Of a stretch of DNA of 64,000 nt, positions 19,291-28,730 are shown piece after piece. The notes below the pieces were generated by a model, which saw only the letters and a list, made by a program, of their open reading frames with translations, was not told where the DNA came from and searched no databases. Made by a program: the position numbers and the translations under genes. Positions within the stretch are counted from its first letter, which is position 1. Each line of letters starts with the position of its first letter. Source of the stretch: Candidatus Aenigmatarchaeota archaeon (GTDB lineage: Archaea > Aenigmatarchaeota > Aenigmatarchaeia > PWEA01); assembly GCA_046539325.1 (NCBI GenBank), contig JBKHHD010000006.1, positions 1 to 64,000 on the forward strand, given 5' to 3'.

Positions 19291-20874
19291 ATGCCAGGAA
19301 AAACAGCTGAGGAAATGGCACTGGACCAGAAGGAGATTTCTGTTGCCGAGTTCTTTGAGAAGAACAGACACCTCCTTGGGTTCGACAATCCGGCCAAAGC
19401 TCTCATAACTGTGGTAAAGGAAGGTGTTGACAACGCCCTGGACGCTTGTGAAGAAGCAGGGAAGCTACCACACCTTAAGGTAAATATAGACGAGGAAGGT
19501 AAGAACAAGTACAATATATCCCTCAAAGACAACGGTCCTGGAATTGTAAAGGAACAGATGCCCTCAATTTTCGGGAAGCTCCTCTACGGTTCAAAGTTCC
19601 ACAGCCGTAAGCAGAGCAGAGGGCAACAGGGAATTGGAATCTCGGCTTCCGTTCTATATTCACAGCTAACCACTGGCAAGCCTGCTATCATTACTTCAAG
19701 GACCGATAAGAATTCACCTCCTAAGAGGTTCAAGCTTAAGATAGATACTGTAGAAAACGAGCCAGAAATACTTGAAGAAGAAGAACTAGAGGATGGCTTC
19801 GAGCCAGGAACTGAAATAACTGTCCATGTCGAAGGCAAATACCTTCAAAGGTACCACTCCGTTGACGAATATCTCAAACAAACAGCTATAGCTAATCCTT
19901 ATGCACATATAGAGTATAGTAATCCAGAAGGCGAGGAATACGACTTCAAGAGGGCAGCAAACGAGCTACCTCCGGAGCCAAAGGAGATAAAACCACACCC
20001 TTACGGCGTAGAGCTGGGCGTACTAGGAAGAATGTTAAAGAACACTGACTCCAACAAGATACTTTCGTTTCTGCAGAACGAGTTTACGAGGGTTGGGAGG
20101 ACTTCTGCAGAGGAGATTTGCAGGCTAGCGGAGGTGGATCCTGACAAAAAACCTGATAAGCTTAATCATAGTGAACAAGAGGCAGTGCTCGACGCAATGC
20201 AGAAAGTAAAGATTCAAAGGCCACCGACGGACTGCCTCTCGCCTATAGGCGCCAAACTGATAAAGAGCGGTCTTGGGAAGGAAATAAACGCGGAGTTCGT
20301 GACTTCTTCAAGCAGGGACCCTGAGGTCTACAGGGGGAATCCGTTCCAGGTTGAGGTAGGGATAGCTTACGGCGGTGAGCTGGAAGAAAGGGAAAACGAA
20401 AAAGTAAAGATTATGAGATATGCGAACAAAGTACCGCTACTATACCAGGCCTCTTCTTGCGCTATAACAAAGGCTCTGGAGAGGACGGACTGGAAACGGT
20501 ATGGCTTAGAACAGCCTGGAAGCAACGGAACGCCCAAGGGACCTGCAACCATATTCGTACATTTGTGTTCGACCTGGGTACCGTTCACCTCTGAGTCCAA
20601 GGAGTCTATAGCAAGATATCCTAAGATCGTCAAGGAGATAAAGCTCGGTCTTCAGGAATGTGCCCGTGACCTGAAGCGACACCTGTCAAAGAAGCAGAAA
20701 GGGAAGAAGGAGAAGAGGAGGAAGAAGATTTTCAGCAACTACATGCCGCTTGTACTTGAAAACGCTGTAGAACTTACAGGTGAAGGTCAGGATCTATCAA
20801 TAGATCCAATCATGCAAAGAGTTATAGATGAGGAACTTGTGGAAAAAGTAGAGGAAGGTGATGAGGATGAGTGA
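19291..20874 (+). CDS. top6B: DNA topoisomerase VI subunit B
   Basis: [44 protein letters not shown]. Confidence 0.97.
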   Translation: MPGKTAEEMALDQKEISVAEFFEKNRHLLGFDNPAKALITVVKEGVDNALDACEEAGKLPHLKVNIDEEGKNKYNISLKDNGPGIVKEQMPSIFGKLLYGSKFHSRKQSRGQQGIGISASVLYSQLTTGKPAIITSRTDKNSPPKRFKLKIDTVENEPEILEEEELEDGFEPGTEITVHVEGKYLQRYHSVDEYLKQTAIANPYAHIEYSNPEGEEYDFKRAANELPPEPKEIKPHPYGVELGVLGRMLKNTDSNKILSFLQNEFTRVGRTSAEEICRLAEVDPDKKPDKLNHSEQEAVLDAMQKVKIQRPPTDCLSPIGAKLIKSGLGKEINAEFVTSSSRDPEVYRGNPFQVEVGIAYGGELEERENEKVKIMRYANKVPLLYQASSCAITKALERTDWKRYGLEQPGSNGTPKGPATIFVHLCSTWVPFTSESKESIARYPKIVKEIKLGLQECARDLKRHLSKKQKGKKEKRRKKIFSNYMPLVLENAVELTGEGQDLSIDPIMQRVIDEELVEKVEEGDEDE

Positions 20875-21955
20875 TGAGGAAATATCCGAGAGTCTGACGG
20901 AAATAGGTGAAACTATAATCCAGAAGGTAAGTAACGATCAGGTTCCGTCGGTTCAAATACCTTCGAGGACAACTTCCAATATAGTCTACGATGAGAACGC
21001 AAAATGTTACGTGCTTGGTGATAAAAGAACGAACAGGGACGCAGGAAATATAAGGCATGTCAAGAGGCTCGCGCAGATGCTTAAGGTCGCTAGCTTCTGC
21101 AAAAACGAGCTTATGGGCTCTGAGAGGCATGTCACAAAGAGAGAGCTTTATTACATATCAGAGTCCTGGGGCGATAAGCTGAAGTTTAAGACACAGGACA
21201 GGAGCGACGATCTCGTGGAAGATATAGAAGCTATGATAGGAAGGCCAAGAGAGGATCTAAAGATAAATCCAAAGGCGAAGGGCTCCATATACGGCGACAT
21301 AACTCTGAAGTTCACGAACCCACGTGGAGAAACCATGGAAGTGAACTGCCTCGACTCTGCGGACGGACAGTCTATAGGACCGAGGACATGTGAGGCAGAC
21401 ATTGTTGAGTGCAATGCGGACAAGGTAATTGCCATAGAAACTGACGGTATGTACAACCGTCTTATGGAGGAGAACGCCCATGAGAAGTTCAACGCTGTTT
21501 TGGTCAACCTAGGAGGACAGGCGACCAGAGCCACGAGGAGGATAATCAAAAGGATAAACGAACTGAAAGATATTCCTGCTTACATCTTTACTGACTCAGA
21601 TCCATGGGGACTACACATAGCCATGGTTATCATAGCAGGATCCGCGAAATCAGCCCATATAAACGAAAGGTTAGCAACACCCGATGCAAAGTGGCTTGGA
21701 GTTACGGCTTCAGATATAAAGAACTACAAACTGAGGTCGGACGAGCTAAGGGACGTCGACTTTAAAAGGGTTGATGAGCTGAAGGACGATCCAAGATATG
21801 CAAATGATAAAAGGCTCGTAAACGAGCTGAATAGATGGGAAGAAATAGGCAAGAAGTCAGAACAGCAGGCTCTCATGAGGTACGGTTTCGAGTACGTTGT
21901 CGACGAATACCTTCCGGCAAAGCTCGAAGAGCTAGGTGCGCCAGGGTTCAAGTGA
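20867..21955 (+). CDS. top6A: DNA topoisomerase VI subunit A
   Basis: TKRELYY catalytic Tyr, [14 protein letters not shown] toprim motif, KSEQQAL. Confidence 0.96.
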   Translation: MSDEEISESLTEIGETIIQKVSNDQVPSVQIPSRTTSNIVYDENAKCYVLGDKRTNRDAGNIRHVKRLAQMLKVASFCKNELMGSERHVTKRELYYISESWGDKLKFKTQDRSDDLVEDIEAMIGRPREDLKINPKAKGSIYGDITLKFTNPRGETMEVNCLDSADGQSIGPRTCEADIVECNADKVIAIETDGMYNRLMEENAHEKFNAVLVNLGGQATRATRRIIKRINELKDIPAYIFTDSDPWGLHIAMVIIAGSAKSAHINERLATPDAKWLGVTASDIKNYKLRSDELRDVDFKRVDELKDDPRYANDKRLVNELNRWEEIGKKSEQQALMRYGFEYVVDEYLPAKLEELGAPGFK

Positions 21956-22001
21956 GGGAATCTTTTAATATTTAAGTTCTAAGAAGGTAAAGGTGTTACG
22001 G

Positions 22002-22074
22002 GCCCGGATAGCTCAGTAGGTAGAGCGCCACGCTGTTAACGTGGTTGTCGCAGGTTCGAATCCTGCTCCGGGCG
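22002..22074 (+). tRNA. tRNA-Asn(GTT), intronless
   Basis: GCCCGGA/TCCGGGC-G; CCACG-CTGTTAA-CGTGG; GGTTCGAATCC. Confidence 0.96.
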
Positions 22075-22150
22075 CTATTCCCTCTCAAGGTAGCGACTAT
22101 GTTGTATTTTTAGGCACTACATTAAGATAGAAAAATTATTCAAACATAAA

Positions 22151-22408
22151 TTACCCATCGCTACTTGTCAAGTACTCCTCTTTACCTCTTCTGCCCTCTC
22201 TAAGCTCTTCTTGTGTCGCTTCTTCAATTTCCTCGTAATCAGTTTCTAATTCACCGTCCAAAAACTCTTTGTACTTACTTTTACCTGACAAAGGAGATTT
22301 CCTATAATCAAGTTCAGCTGAATAAAAAGCCTCATTTGCGCTCTCAAATTCCCCATCTTCAAGTTTTCCGAGGGCATCTCTATGTAAGGAACTTTTATCA
22401 GTTCTCGT
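22151..22408 (-). CDS. possible acidic small protein lacking a canonical start, or pseudogene
   Basis: Open E-rich frame (…DALGKLEDGEFESANEAFYSAELDYRKSPL…SSDG*) with no ATG/GTG/TTG near its 5' end; GAGGTA upstream of ACG at 22408. Confidence 0.4.
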   Translation of the reverse strand, partial: TRTDKSSLHRDALGKLEDGEFESANEAFYSAELDYRKSPLSGKSKYKEFLDGELETDYEEIEEATQEELREGRRGKEEYLTSSDG

Positions 22409-22543
22409 TTTGAGTCTTACCTCGATATAGACTTCAGGCGGAAAAATTAAACGGTTAGCCTTGAGGCTACCCCATACGAAAGCTATTCTACATACCTTTA
22501 TATATTAAGGTAAAGTTATTTTACTTAAGCCGGAGGTTGAAAG

Positions 22544-22798
22544 GTGCCTAACAAAATAGACGAAGACGAGGTTTCTGGAATAGACAAAGAAATATTAGAG
22601 ATTCTAACGAAGGAAAAGGATCCAATAACAACTTATAGGATTGCTAAAAAAATCGATGTCTCCTGGTCAACTGCCAATACCCATTTGAAGGACCTTCAGA
22701 TAGAGGGTCTAGTAGAATCAAAGGAAGAGGAAAATAAGGGCAAGAAATCAAGGGTCTGGTGGGTAGAACAAGACAGCTTGGATAAGTTCTTGAAATAA
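22544..22798 (+). CDS. small winged-helix transcriptional regulator
   Basis: ITTYRIAKKIDVSWSTANTHLKDLQIEGLV; SD GGAGGT. Confidence 0.85.
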   Translation: MPNKIDEDEVSGIDKEILEILTKEKDPITTYRIAKKIDVSWSTANTHLKDLQIEGLVESKEEENKGKKSRVWWVEQDSLDKFLK

Positions 22799-22805
22799 AA
22801 GTAAA

Positions 22806-22878
22806 GGGTGGGGCAGGCTCCAAAGAGCCCGGCTCGGAACACCCCCATGGTCCGAGAAATACGTGTACACCCCACCTA
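22806..22878 (-). ncRNA. candidate structured ncRNA A (three-stem junction)
   Basis: Stems GGTGGGG/CCCCACC, CTCGGA/TCCGAG, GGGCTC/GAGCCT; TTAAATA about 30 nt upstream and T-tract downstream on the minus strand. Confidence 0.6.
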
Positions 22879-22984
22879 TGCACTATTTTTACCAACCAAT
22901 CTATTTAAGCTTTTCCCAAAACAAGCTAACCTTTTTATATCAATGTATAAATATATGAAGATAGAAAGAGATCTGGAACAAACT

Positions 22985-23073
22985 CGTGGTCGGGGTTGAA
23001 GATGCTTCTGTGACACCCCCTAAACCCCAAGCAAATAAACTCCAATAGGTGTGGAGGAAATACCCCGACCACG
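22985..23073. ncRNA. candidate structured ncRNA B
   Basis: Perfect 12-bp closing stem CGTGGTCGGGGT/ACCCCGACCACG, internal hairpins, shares ACACCCCC with candidate A. Confidence 0.55.
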
Positions 23074-23131
23074 TCCCCAACATATTTCTTGTACCATGAA
23101 GAATTTAACCTCTCTTGAATAAGATAAGGTA

Positions 23132-24733
23132 ATGAAGTCAAAAAATGTCCTTATAGTCGATGGCTACGTTGATGAGCCAAGTACTCTAGGTGTACCTCCA
23201 TACATCGCGCCACAGATAAGGATGATAGCAGGCTGTCTTGAGGAACTTGGCCTCAGCTGGAGCTACACCACAGCCGATGAGTACAGGGAAAACGGGCTCC
23301 GAAACGCAGAGAAGGTCATAGTGTACGGCGGTGTAACAGTTCCTGGCAAATATCTCCGCGGGACTCCGCTCAGCGAGAGAGAAGTAGGAGAAATAGGAAG
23401 TACCACCATAGAGACGTTTCTGGGAGGACCGCTGGCCAGGCATGGTGAAGTTAAAGGCTTCGATTACTACTCATACAAAGACCTCTCGGCATATTTCTAC
23501 GAGCACGAGAAAGGAAATGATGAAGATAGATGGGCTGACAGAGAAGAGATGGAGAGGTGGCTGAAAAAGGGAAGTAAGGTCGTCGAGGAGCACCCTGACT
23601 TCCCTGATCCGTTGATAGCTGAGATAAGTCTTTACAGGGGCTGTGTCAGATACTTCACAGGTGGTTGTTCCTTTTGTTCGGAATCAGAGTACGGAAAGCC
23701 GGAGTTCAGGGAACAGAGCGATGTCGTAGAGGAAATAAAAGGGCTTTATGAACTAGGAGTAAGGAACTTCAGAATAGGCGGACAGTCCTGTACCGTAAGC
23801 TATATGGCGGAAGGTGTCGGTCAAACAGAAACGCCCAAACCAATGCCAGGTGAGATCAAAGAACTGTTCGACGGTATCTGGAAGGAATGCCCGAAAATAA
23901 AGGTCCTGCATCTGGACAACGCAAACCCATCTGTAATAGCTTCCTGGCCAGAGAGATCAAAGGAAATAATTGAAATTCTAGTGGAAAATACTACGCCAGG
24001 GAATATCCTAGCATTGGGTCTCGAAACAGCTGATGAAATAGTAAAGGAGAAGAACAACCTAAACTCCTCGTCTGAAGAAGCCATGAAAGCAGTAAGGATA
24101 ATAAACGAAACTGGAAGGAAAAGAGGTGAAAATGGAATGCCACAGCTCCTTCCGGGTCTAAACTTCCTCGGTGGTCTGAAGGGGGAAACAGCAGAAACCT
24201 ATGAGAAGAACTTTCGTTTTCTGAAAAAAATCATGGACGAAGATCTTCTCCTCCGAAGGATAAATATAAGACAGGTCCTTTCAAAGAACGAAGAGTTGAA
24301 GACGGAAAACAAAAATGAGTTCAGAGAGTTCAAGAAGAAAGTAAGGGAAGAGATAGACAGACCTATGCTGAAAAAGATATTACCCAAGGGAACGGTTCTC
24401 AAGAATGTCTACATGGAGAAACATGACGGAAAAAAGACCTTCGGACGTCAGATCGGAACCTATCCTCTTCTTGTCGGTGTGAACTATTCACTTGAACTGG
24501 GGAGATATTATGATATCGTAATCACTGACTACGGCTACAGAAGCGTAACCGGACTACGTCATCCTTTCTACATAAACGAAGCAAGTTTCAAAGAGCTCAA
24601 GGCTGTGCCAGGAATAGGAGAAAATCGTGCATCGAATATATTCCAAGAGAAACCACAGGACGAAGAGAAACTAAGAGAACTCGTAGCTAACGAAGAGGAT
24701 TTCAAGAAAATTATGGACTATGTCGAAATATAA
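23132..24733 (+). CDS. radical SAM protein with TRAM-like and helix-hairpin-helix domains (COG1031-like)
   Basis: DGYVDEP..LGVPPYI, RGC.....GCSFC, GRQIGTYPLL, VPGIGENRA. Confidence 0.88.
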   Translation: MKSKNVLIVDGYVDEPSTLGVPPYIAPQIRMIAGCLEELGLSWSYTTADEYRENGLRNAEKVIVYGGVTVPGKYLRGTPLSEREVGEIGSTTIETFLGGPLARHGEVKGFDYYSYKDLSAYFYEHEKGNDEDRWADREEMERWLKKGSKVVEEHPDFPDPLIAEISLYRGCVRYFTGGCSFCSESEYGKPEFREQSDVVEEIKGLYELGVRNFRIGGQSCTVSYMAEGVGQTETPKPMPGEIKELFDGIWKECPKIKVLHLDNANPSVIASWPERSKEIIEILVENTTPGNILALGLETADEIVKEKNNLNSSSEEAMKAVRIINETGRKRGENGMPQLLPGLNFLGGLKGETAETYEKNFRFLKKIMDEDLLLRRINIRQVLSKNEELKTENKNEFREFKKKVREEIDRPMLKKILPKGTVLKNVYMEKHDGKKTFGRQIGTYPLLVGVNYSLELGRYYDIVITDYGYRSVTGLRHPFYINEASFKELKAVPGIGENRASNIFQEKPQDEEKLRELVANEEDFKKIMDYVEI

Positions 24734-24744
24734 AGAAAGTGAAA

Positions 24745-25497
24745 CTAAACAACCTTGATCTGACCGGTGTCTCTCAGCTGAATTCTAGGTTGATTTTTGT
24801 AAGTAGTAATCAAGCCTTCGGTTCTTACGGTTTTGTTCTCGTAACTCTCTAACCTTCTTGAAAATCTCCCTTGATAATCATCCCAAATTATAGCTGCGAA
24901 ACAATTATCGGGATATTTTCCACCGAAGTTGAGATAGGTTATACCATCTCCTCTGTTTACTTCGCTGACCTCGCCCTGAACAATCTCTACCTCAGATACA
25001 TATTTTTCGGCCTCGCATGGATGCACAGAGTTTGAAGCAGTCATATTTTTATTCCAAAGACACCCTCTGTTGTTTTCTATTGCTCTCCTTTCTGCCTCTA
25101 TCATTTTATCTATGTACTTTTCTCCGGGATCAAAGTAATGGGTATATGCGAGGCCTTCCCGAACCAGTTTCTTGTTTATATTTCGTTCCTCTTTAAAGAT
25201 ATAGGATAAGTTTCTTCCGTAGGTACCTTCTCCAACGGTTTCGACCTTCACCTCAGTTCCGTTTACCTTTTCCGTCAACCACTCCTTTGCTTCTTCATAA
25301 CATTCATTGCCAACCTCGGTACTGTCCACTCCCATCAACCTAACTTTACCGCTGTCCTCAATAACTACAGTGTCTCCATCAATGACTTCTGTAACATTAC
25401 CTTTCATTGTCTTGGTTTTCTTCACACGAGGTGATGAGAAATATAAAAGCAAAAACCCAAGGAAAAGGACAACAAGAAAAATGTTTCTTGTTTTCAA
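24745..25497 (-). CDS. membrane-anchored thermonuclease (SNase) with C-terminal OB-fold
   Basis: N-terminal TM, VIDGDT, VRLMGVD, YGRNLSY, LVREGLA; tail GITYLNFGGKYPD..VRTEGLI. Confidence 0.88.
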   Translation of the reverse strand: MKTRNIFLVVLFLGFLLLYFSSPRVKKTKTMKGNVTEVIDGDTVVIEDSGKVRLMGVDSTEVGNECYEEAKEWLTEKVNGTEVKVETVGEGTYGRNLSYIFKEERNINKKLVREGLAYTHYFDPGEKYIDKMIEAERRAIENNRGCLWNKNMTASNSVHPCEAEKYVSEVEIVQGEVSEVNRGDGITYLNFGGKYPDNCFAAIIWDDYQGRFSRRLESYENKTVRTEGLITTYKNQPRIQLRDTGQIKVV

Positions 25498-25511
25498 CTT
25501 AGCACCTGTTT

Positions 25512-25670
25512 CTAAGCAAAGAACTTGAGAACACTGACTACGCCTATTAGAGAGGCTGATAAAATTATTACCTGTATAGGAGTAAGCTTGATCTTCTCCG
25601 GCGACTCGTCGAAGTAACGCGTGAGACCTGCAAAACCCGAAGGCATCTTGTTCTCGTTCTTCTTTGCCAT
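25512..25670 (-). CDS. secG: preprotein translocase subunit Sec61beta
   Basis: Hand-translated MAKKNENKMPSGFAGLTRYFDESPEKIKLTPIQVIILSASLIGVVSVLKFFA*; GL.RYF motif. Confidence 0.9.
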   Translation of the reverse strand: MAKKNENKMPSGFAGLTRYFDESPEKIKLTPIQVIILSASLIGVVSVLKFFA

Positions 25671-25766
25671 AATATCCACCTCATTCTTATCCTCTAAACC
25701 TTATAAATCTCACGGAGCCAGAAAGTTTTTTATATCTAAAGGGGCTAATTCAAAGCGCTACCTTAA

Positions 25767-25901
25767 GGGAGGGTAGCTCAGCTCGGGAGAATACAAAAGC
25801 AAGGCTTTTGATTTTCGCCCATAGGAAATCCCGAAAGCGCTAGACTGAAGATCTATATGGAAATCTAGTTGTCGGGGGTTCGAATCCCTCCCCTCCCACC
25901 A
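25767..25901 (+). tRNA. tRNA-Phe(GAA) with encoded CCA and two introns (22/23 at 25790-25835, 46 nt; about 37/38 at 25851-25862, 12 nt)
   Basis: GGGAGGG/CCCTCCC-ACCA; CTAGA-CTGAAG|A-TCTAG; BHB helix CGGG/CCCG. Confidence 0.9.
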
Positions 25902-25948
25902 TCCTTCTGATAAAGCTTATTAGTACTGGCGAAGAATAATATGTTGTT

Positions 25949-26473
25949 ATGCAGATTCCTATAGTTGGTCTTGGCGAGATGTCCTCCGAAACTATCAAAA
26001 GAATGAAGAGTATGCTTAACAAGGACTTCAAAAAGCTGAAGTTTTACACTGCCGGAAGGTCCGAATTTCCTGAGAACAGCTTCAATGACTTCAGAGACCA
26101 GTACATGGCCGAAAGGCTGATGGACGAGTTTCGGGAGGACGGAATACAGGTAATCGTCACTGACGAAGATGTATACAGCAAAAGAAAGAACTACGTGTTT
26201 GGTGAATCTGAGTACAGAGGGCCTGCAGTAGTCAGCACCAAGAGGCTCGACCCTGCCTTCTACGATAGAGAAGGTGACAAAGAGAAAGCATTTCGAAGAA
26301 TGGAAAAGGTCGCCGTGCATCAACTAGGCCATTGCTTCGGCATGGACAACTGTGAGAATCCTGGCTGTGTCATGAATTCACCCAGCTCAGTAAAAGATCT
26401 GGACGATGGAAGCGCCGGCTTCTGTGAGGAATGCCAGGTAGAGATCTCTACGAAGGGCCTTCCGCTCAAATAG
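25949..26473 (+). CDS. archaemetzincin-like protein with degenerate active site
   Basis: RDQY.A, NYVFG, AVVST.RL, HQLGHCFGMDNC, CVM..S, FCEEC. Confidence 0.85.
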   Translation: MQIPIVGLGEMSSETIKRMKSMLNKDFKKLKFYTAGRSEFPENSFNDFRDQYMAERLMDEFREDGIQVIVTDEDVYSKRKNYVFGESEYRGPAVVSTKRLDPAFYDREGDKEKAFRRMEKVAVHQLGHCFGMDNCENPGCVMNSPSSVKDLDDGSAGFCEECQVEISTKGLPLK

Positions 26474-26514
26474 ATTTAAAAGACTCTGCTTCATTAAAGT
26501 TCTGGGGTGTCCTT

Positions 26515-27597
26515 ATGCAGAAAGCAAGGATAGAAGATGGGAAAATAACCGTCGAAGAAGATCCGGAAGAAGTCTTCCAGCTTGGCGGATACGGAAAGCT
26601 TGAGAGTGGAGGACTTATCTTAAAGCCGGTGGAGGCTATGAGCCTTCTACAGAGGGAGAAGATCGAAGTGGTTAAAGACGGAGAGAATCTTACAGAGGAG
26701 GAACTGTACAAAGAAGCCTGTAGTATGACTGAAGGCTTCCATGAAGAGTTGCTTGTATATCAGGATATGAGGAGAAGGGGTTTCGTAGTTAGGCCTGGTT
26801 ACTCCTTTCCCTGTGACCTAAGAGTCTACGAAAGAGGCACATCCTTCGACGAGGACGAGAAGAAGTTGAACCACGTCAAGTGGCTCGTCGACGTTGTAAG
26901 GACTGATTCTGACTTCTCTCTTGTGGAGAAGATAAAGAAGGTTGAGAACGCTGACAACATAAGAGCAAAGCTTGCCCTCGGAATCGTAGACGAAGAAGGC
27001 GATGTAACATACTACGAGGTCGATAAAGAGAAGAAGTTGAACAGTAAAACTTCCAAAGATCTGGACGGTACGGAAAGGGCGAAGGGATTTCTGGATGGAA
27101 ACACGGTCACGGTCTGGGAAAACCTTGAAGGAATATACGAACCACATTACTTTGGCAAGAAGAGGAAGAGTAGGATAGAGCTTAACCTAATGGAGGCCGT
27201 TTTCCTTGCTGAAAGGGACAAGCTTGAGGTTGCAAGGGGCGAAGAAAAAGTAACTGTAGAAGAGCTTCTCGAGATAGCAAGGGAAAAAGATATAGAGTTC
27301 GAGGACAAATATAAGGTATACGAGGATCTGAGAGAAAAGGGGTTCCTTGTAAAGTGTGGGTTCAAATTTGGGACGCATTTCCGCGTCTACGACCGCGGCG
27401 TTGAACTTAAAAGAGGCCAGAAAAGTCCTGACGAGCATACGAAGTGGGTAGTCCATGCTGTCCCTTCAGATGAAAAGTGGTCGTATCCAGAGCTTTCGCG
27501 CTTCGTCAGACTAGCTTTAAATATTAGGAGCAAACCAACATTAGGCGTCGTGGACAAATCAAAAAAATACTACAGAATAAGGAGGATAAAACCATGA
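26515..27597 (+). CDS. endA: tRNA-splicing endonuclease, two-unit (alpha2-like) form
   Basis: Two repeats of VY.D.R.RG..V..G..F....RVY.RG; C-terminal unit KFGTHFRVY..EH; N-terminal unit has the acidic loop DEEGDVTYY. Confidence 0.93.
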   Translation: MQKARIEDGKITVEEDPEEVFQLGGYGKLESGGLILKPVEAMSLLQREKIEVVKDGENLTEEELYKEACSMTEGFHEELLVYQDMRRRGFVVRPGYSFPCDLRVYERGTSFDEDEKKLNHVKWLVDVVRTDSDFSLVEKIKKVENADNIRAKLALGIVDEEGDVTYYEVDKEKKLNSKTSKDLDGTERAKGFLDGNTVTVWENLEGIYEPHYFGKKRKSRIELNLMEAVFLAERDKLEVARGEEKVTVEELLEIAREKDIEFEDKYKVYEDLREKGFLVKCGFKFGTHFRVYDRGVELKRGQKSPDEHTKWVVHAVPSDEKWSYPELSRFVRLALNIRSKPTLGVVDKSKKYYRIRRIKP

Positions 27598-28721
27598 AAA
27601 TAGACAACTTGAAGGTCAAAGATATAGTTGATGAAGAATTTTTTTCCGTTTCGACGGAAGACAATCTAAAAGAAGTCCTTAACAAAATCAGGGAGAAAAA
27701 TGCTTTTGCAGTACCGGTTATGAAGGATGGTGAGCTGGAAGGTATGATAACATGGAGGAAGATAATCCAGAGGTCGGCTCCACCGAAAACAAAGGTCAAA
27801 AAACTTATAAGCCATCCACCTAAGATCGATTCGAATATAACAGTGGTAGAGCTTGCAGAGAAGATGCTTGAAACTGGCTCGAGGGCAGTTCCTGTCTACG
27901 ATAACAATGAGTTTTTAGGGGTTGTCACACAAAGTGAAGTCATAGGAGCCGTGTCAAAGGACAATAGCTTCTCGGGAAAGAAAGCCGGTGCTATTTCCAC
28001 AGAACTCAAAACTATAAGAGAAGATGAATCAATAGGAAAGGCAAAGGCAATGATGAGGGAGAACAGGATTGCGAGGCTTCCTGTTGTCGATAAGGACGAT
28101 GACTTGGTTGGTTCCGTAGATCTTTCAGGCATTGTAAAGACTTTCCATCCTGAAAGGGCTATGAAGCTTGGCGAGAAAAAGGGCGACTCTTTGCCGGAGA
28201 GGGATTCCCCTGTGACAAGTATAATGAATAAGTCTCCCGTGACCGTTCCGTACAATTCAAATATACAGGAAGTGGCCAAGGAGATTTCAAGGGGTGACGG
28301 CCTATACGCAATAACCATGGAGGAAAACAAGCCCCAAGGTATAGTTACTCCTAAGGACATCGTTGAACTGATAGCCTCGCGGAAGAAAAAGGAAGGTGCC
28401 TACATACAGGTTGCCGGAGTCCAGGACGTCGACTCCTTCATGAAGGACAAGATACTTGATTCTGCTGAAAGGAAGGTCCAGAAGGCAGGGAGGATGTTCA
28501 AGGAAGTTCAGAGACTTATTCTACACGTAAAAACTCAGAACGTTGAAGGAAATCAGAGGCAGTATTCTACAAGAGCAAGGTTATACACTTCAAACGGACT
28601 TTTCACAGCAACCCAGGACTGGGAGTGGGATCTACTTGATTCCGTTCAGGGCTGCTTGGAAAAGATAGACAAACAGATGACAAAGAAGCATGATAAGCAG
28701 ATAGACAGAAACAGGGGATAG
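27594..28721 (+). CDS. four-CBS-domain protein with C-terminal HPF/RaiA-like domain (Hib-like ribosome hibernation factor)
   Basis: Four CBS repeats, then LILHVKT...YSTRARLYT..GLFTA..WEWDLL.SV..CLEKI.KQ. Confidence 0.75.
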   Translation: MKIDNLKVKDIVDEEFFSVSTEDNLKEVLNKIREKNAFAVPVMKDGELEGMITWRKIIQRSAPPKTKVKKLISHPPKIDSNITVVELAEKMLETGSRAVPVYDNNEFLGVVTQSEVIGAVSKDNSFSGKKAGAISTELKTIREDESIGKAKAMMRENRIARLPVVDKDDDLVGSVDLSGIVKTFHPERAMKLGEKKGDSLPERDSPVTSIMNKSPVTVPYNSNIQEVAKEISRGDGLYAITMEENKPQGIVTPKDIVELIASRKKKEGAYIQVAGVQDVDSFMKDKILDSAERKVQKAGRMFKEVQRLILHVKTQNVEGNQRQYSTRARLYTSNGLFTATQDWEWDLLDSVQGCLEKIDKQMTKKHDKQIDRNRG

Positions 28722-28730
28722 TAAGCTAAT

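Noticed and set aside
23050-23066. RNase P CR-I-like GAGGAAA
   Set aside because: Not followed by GTCC/CTCC, no CR-V partner, and the fold is too short
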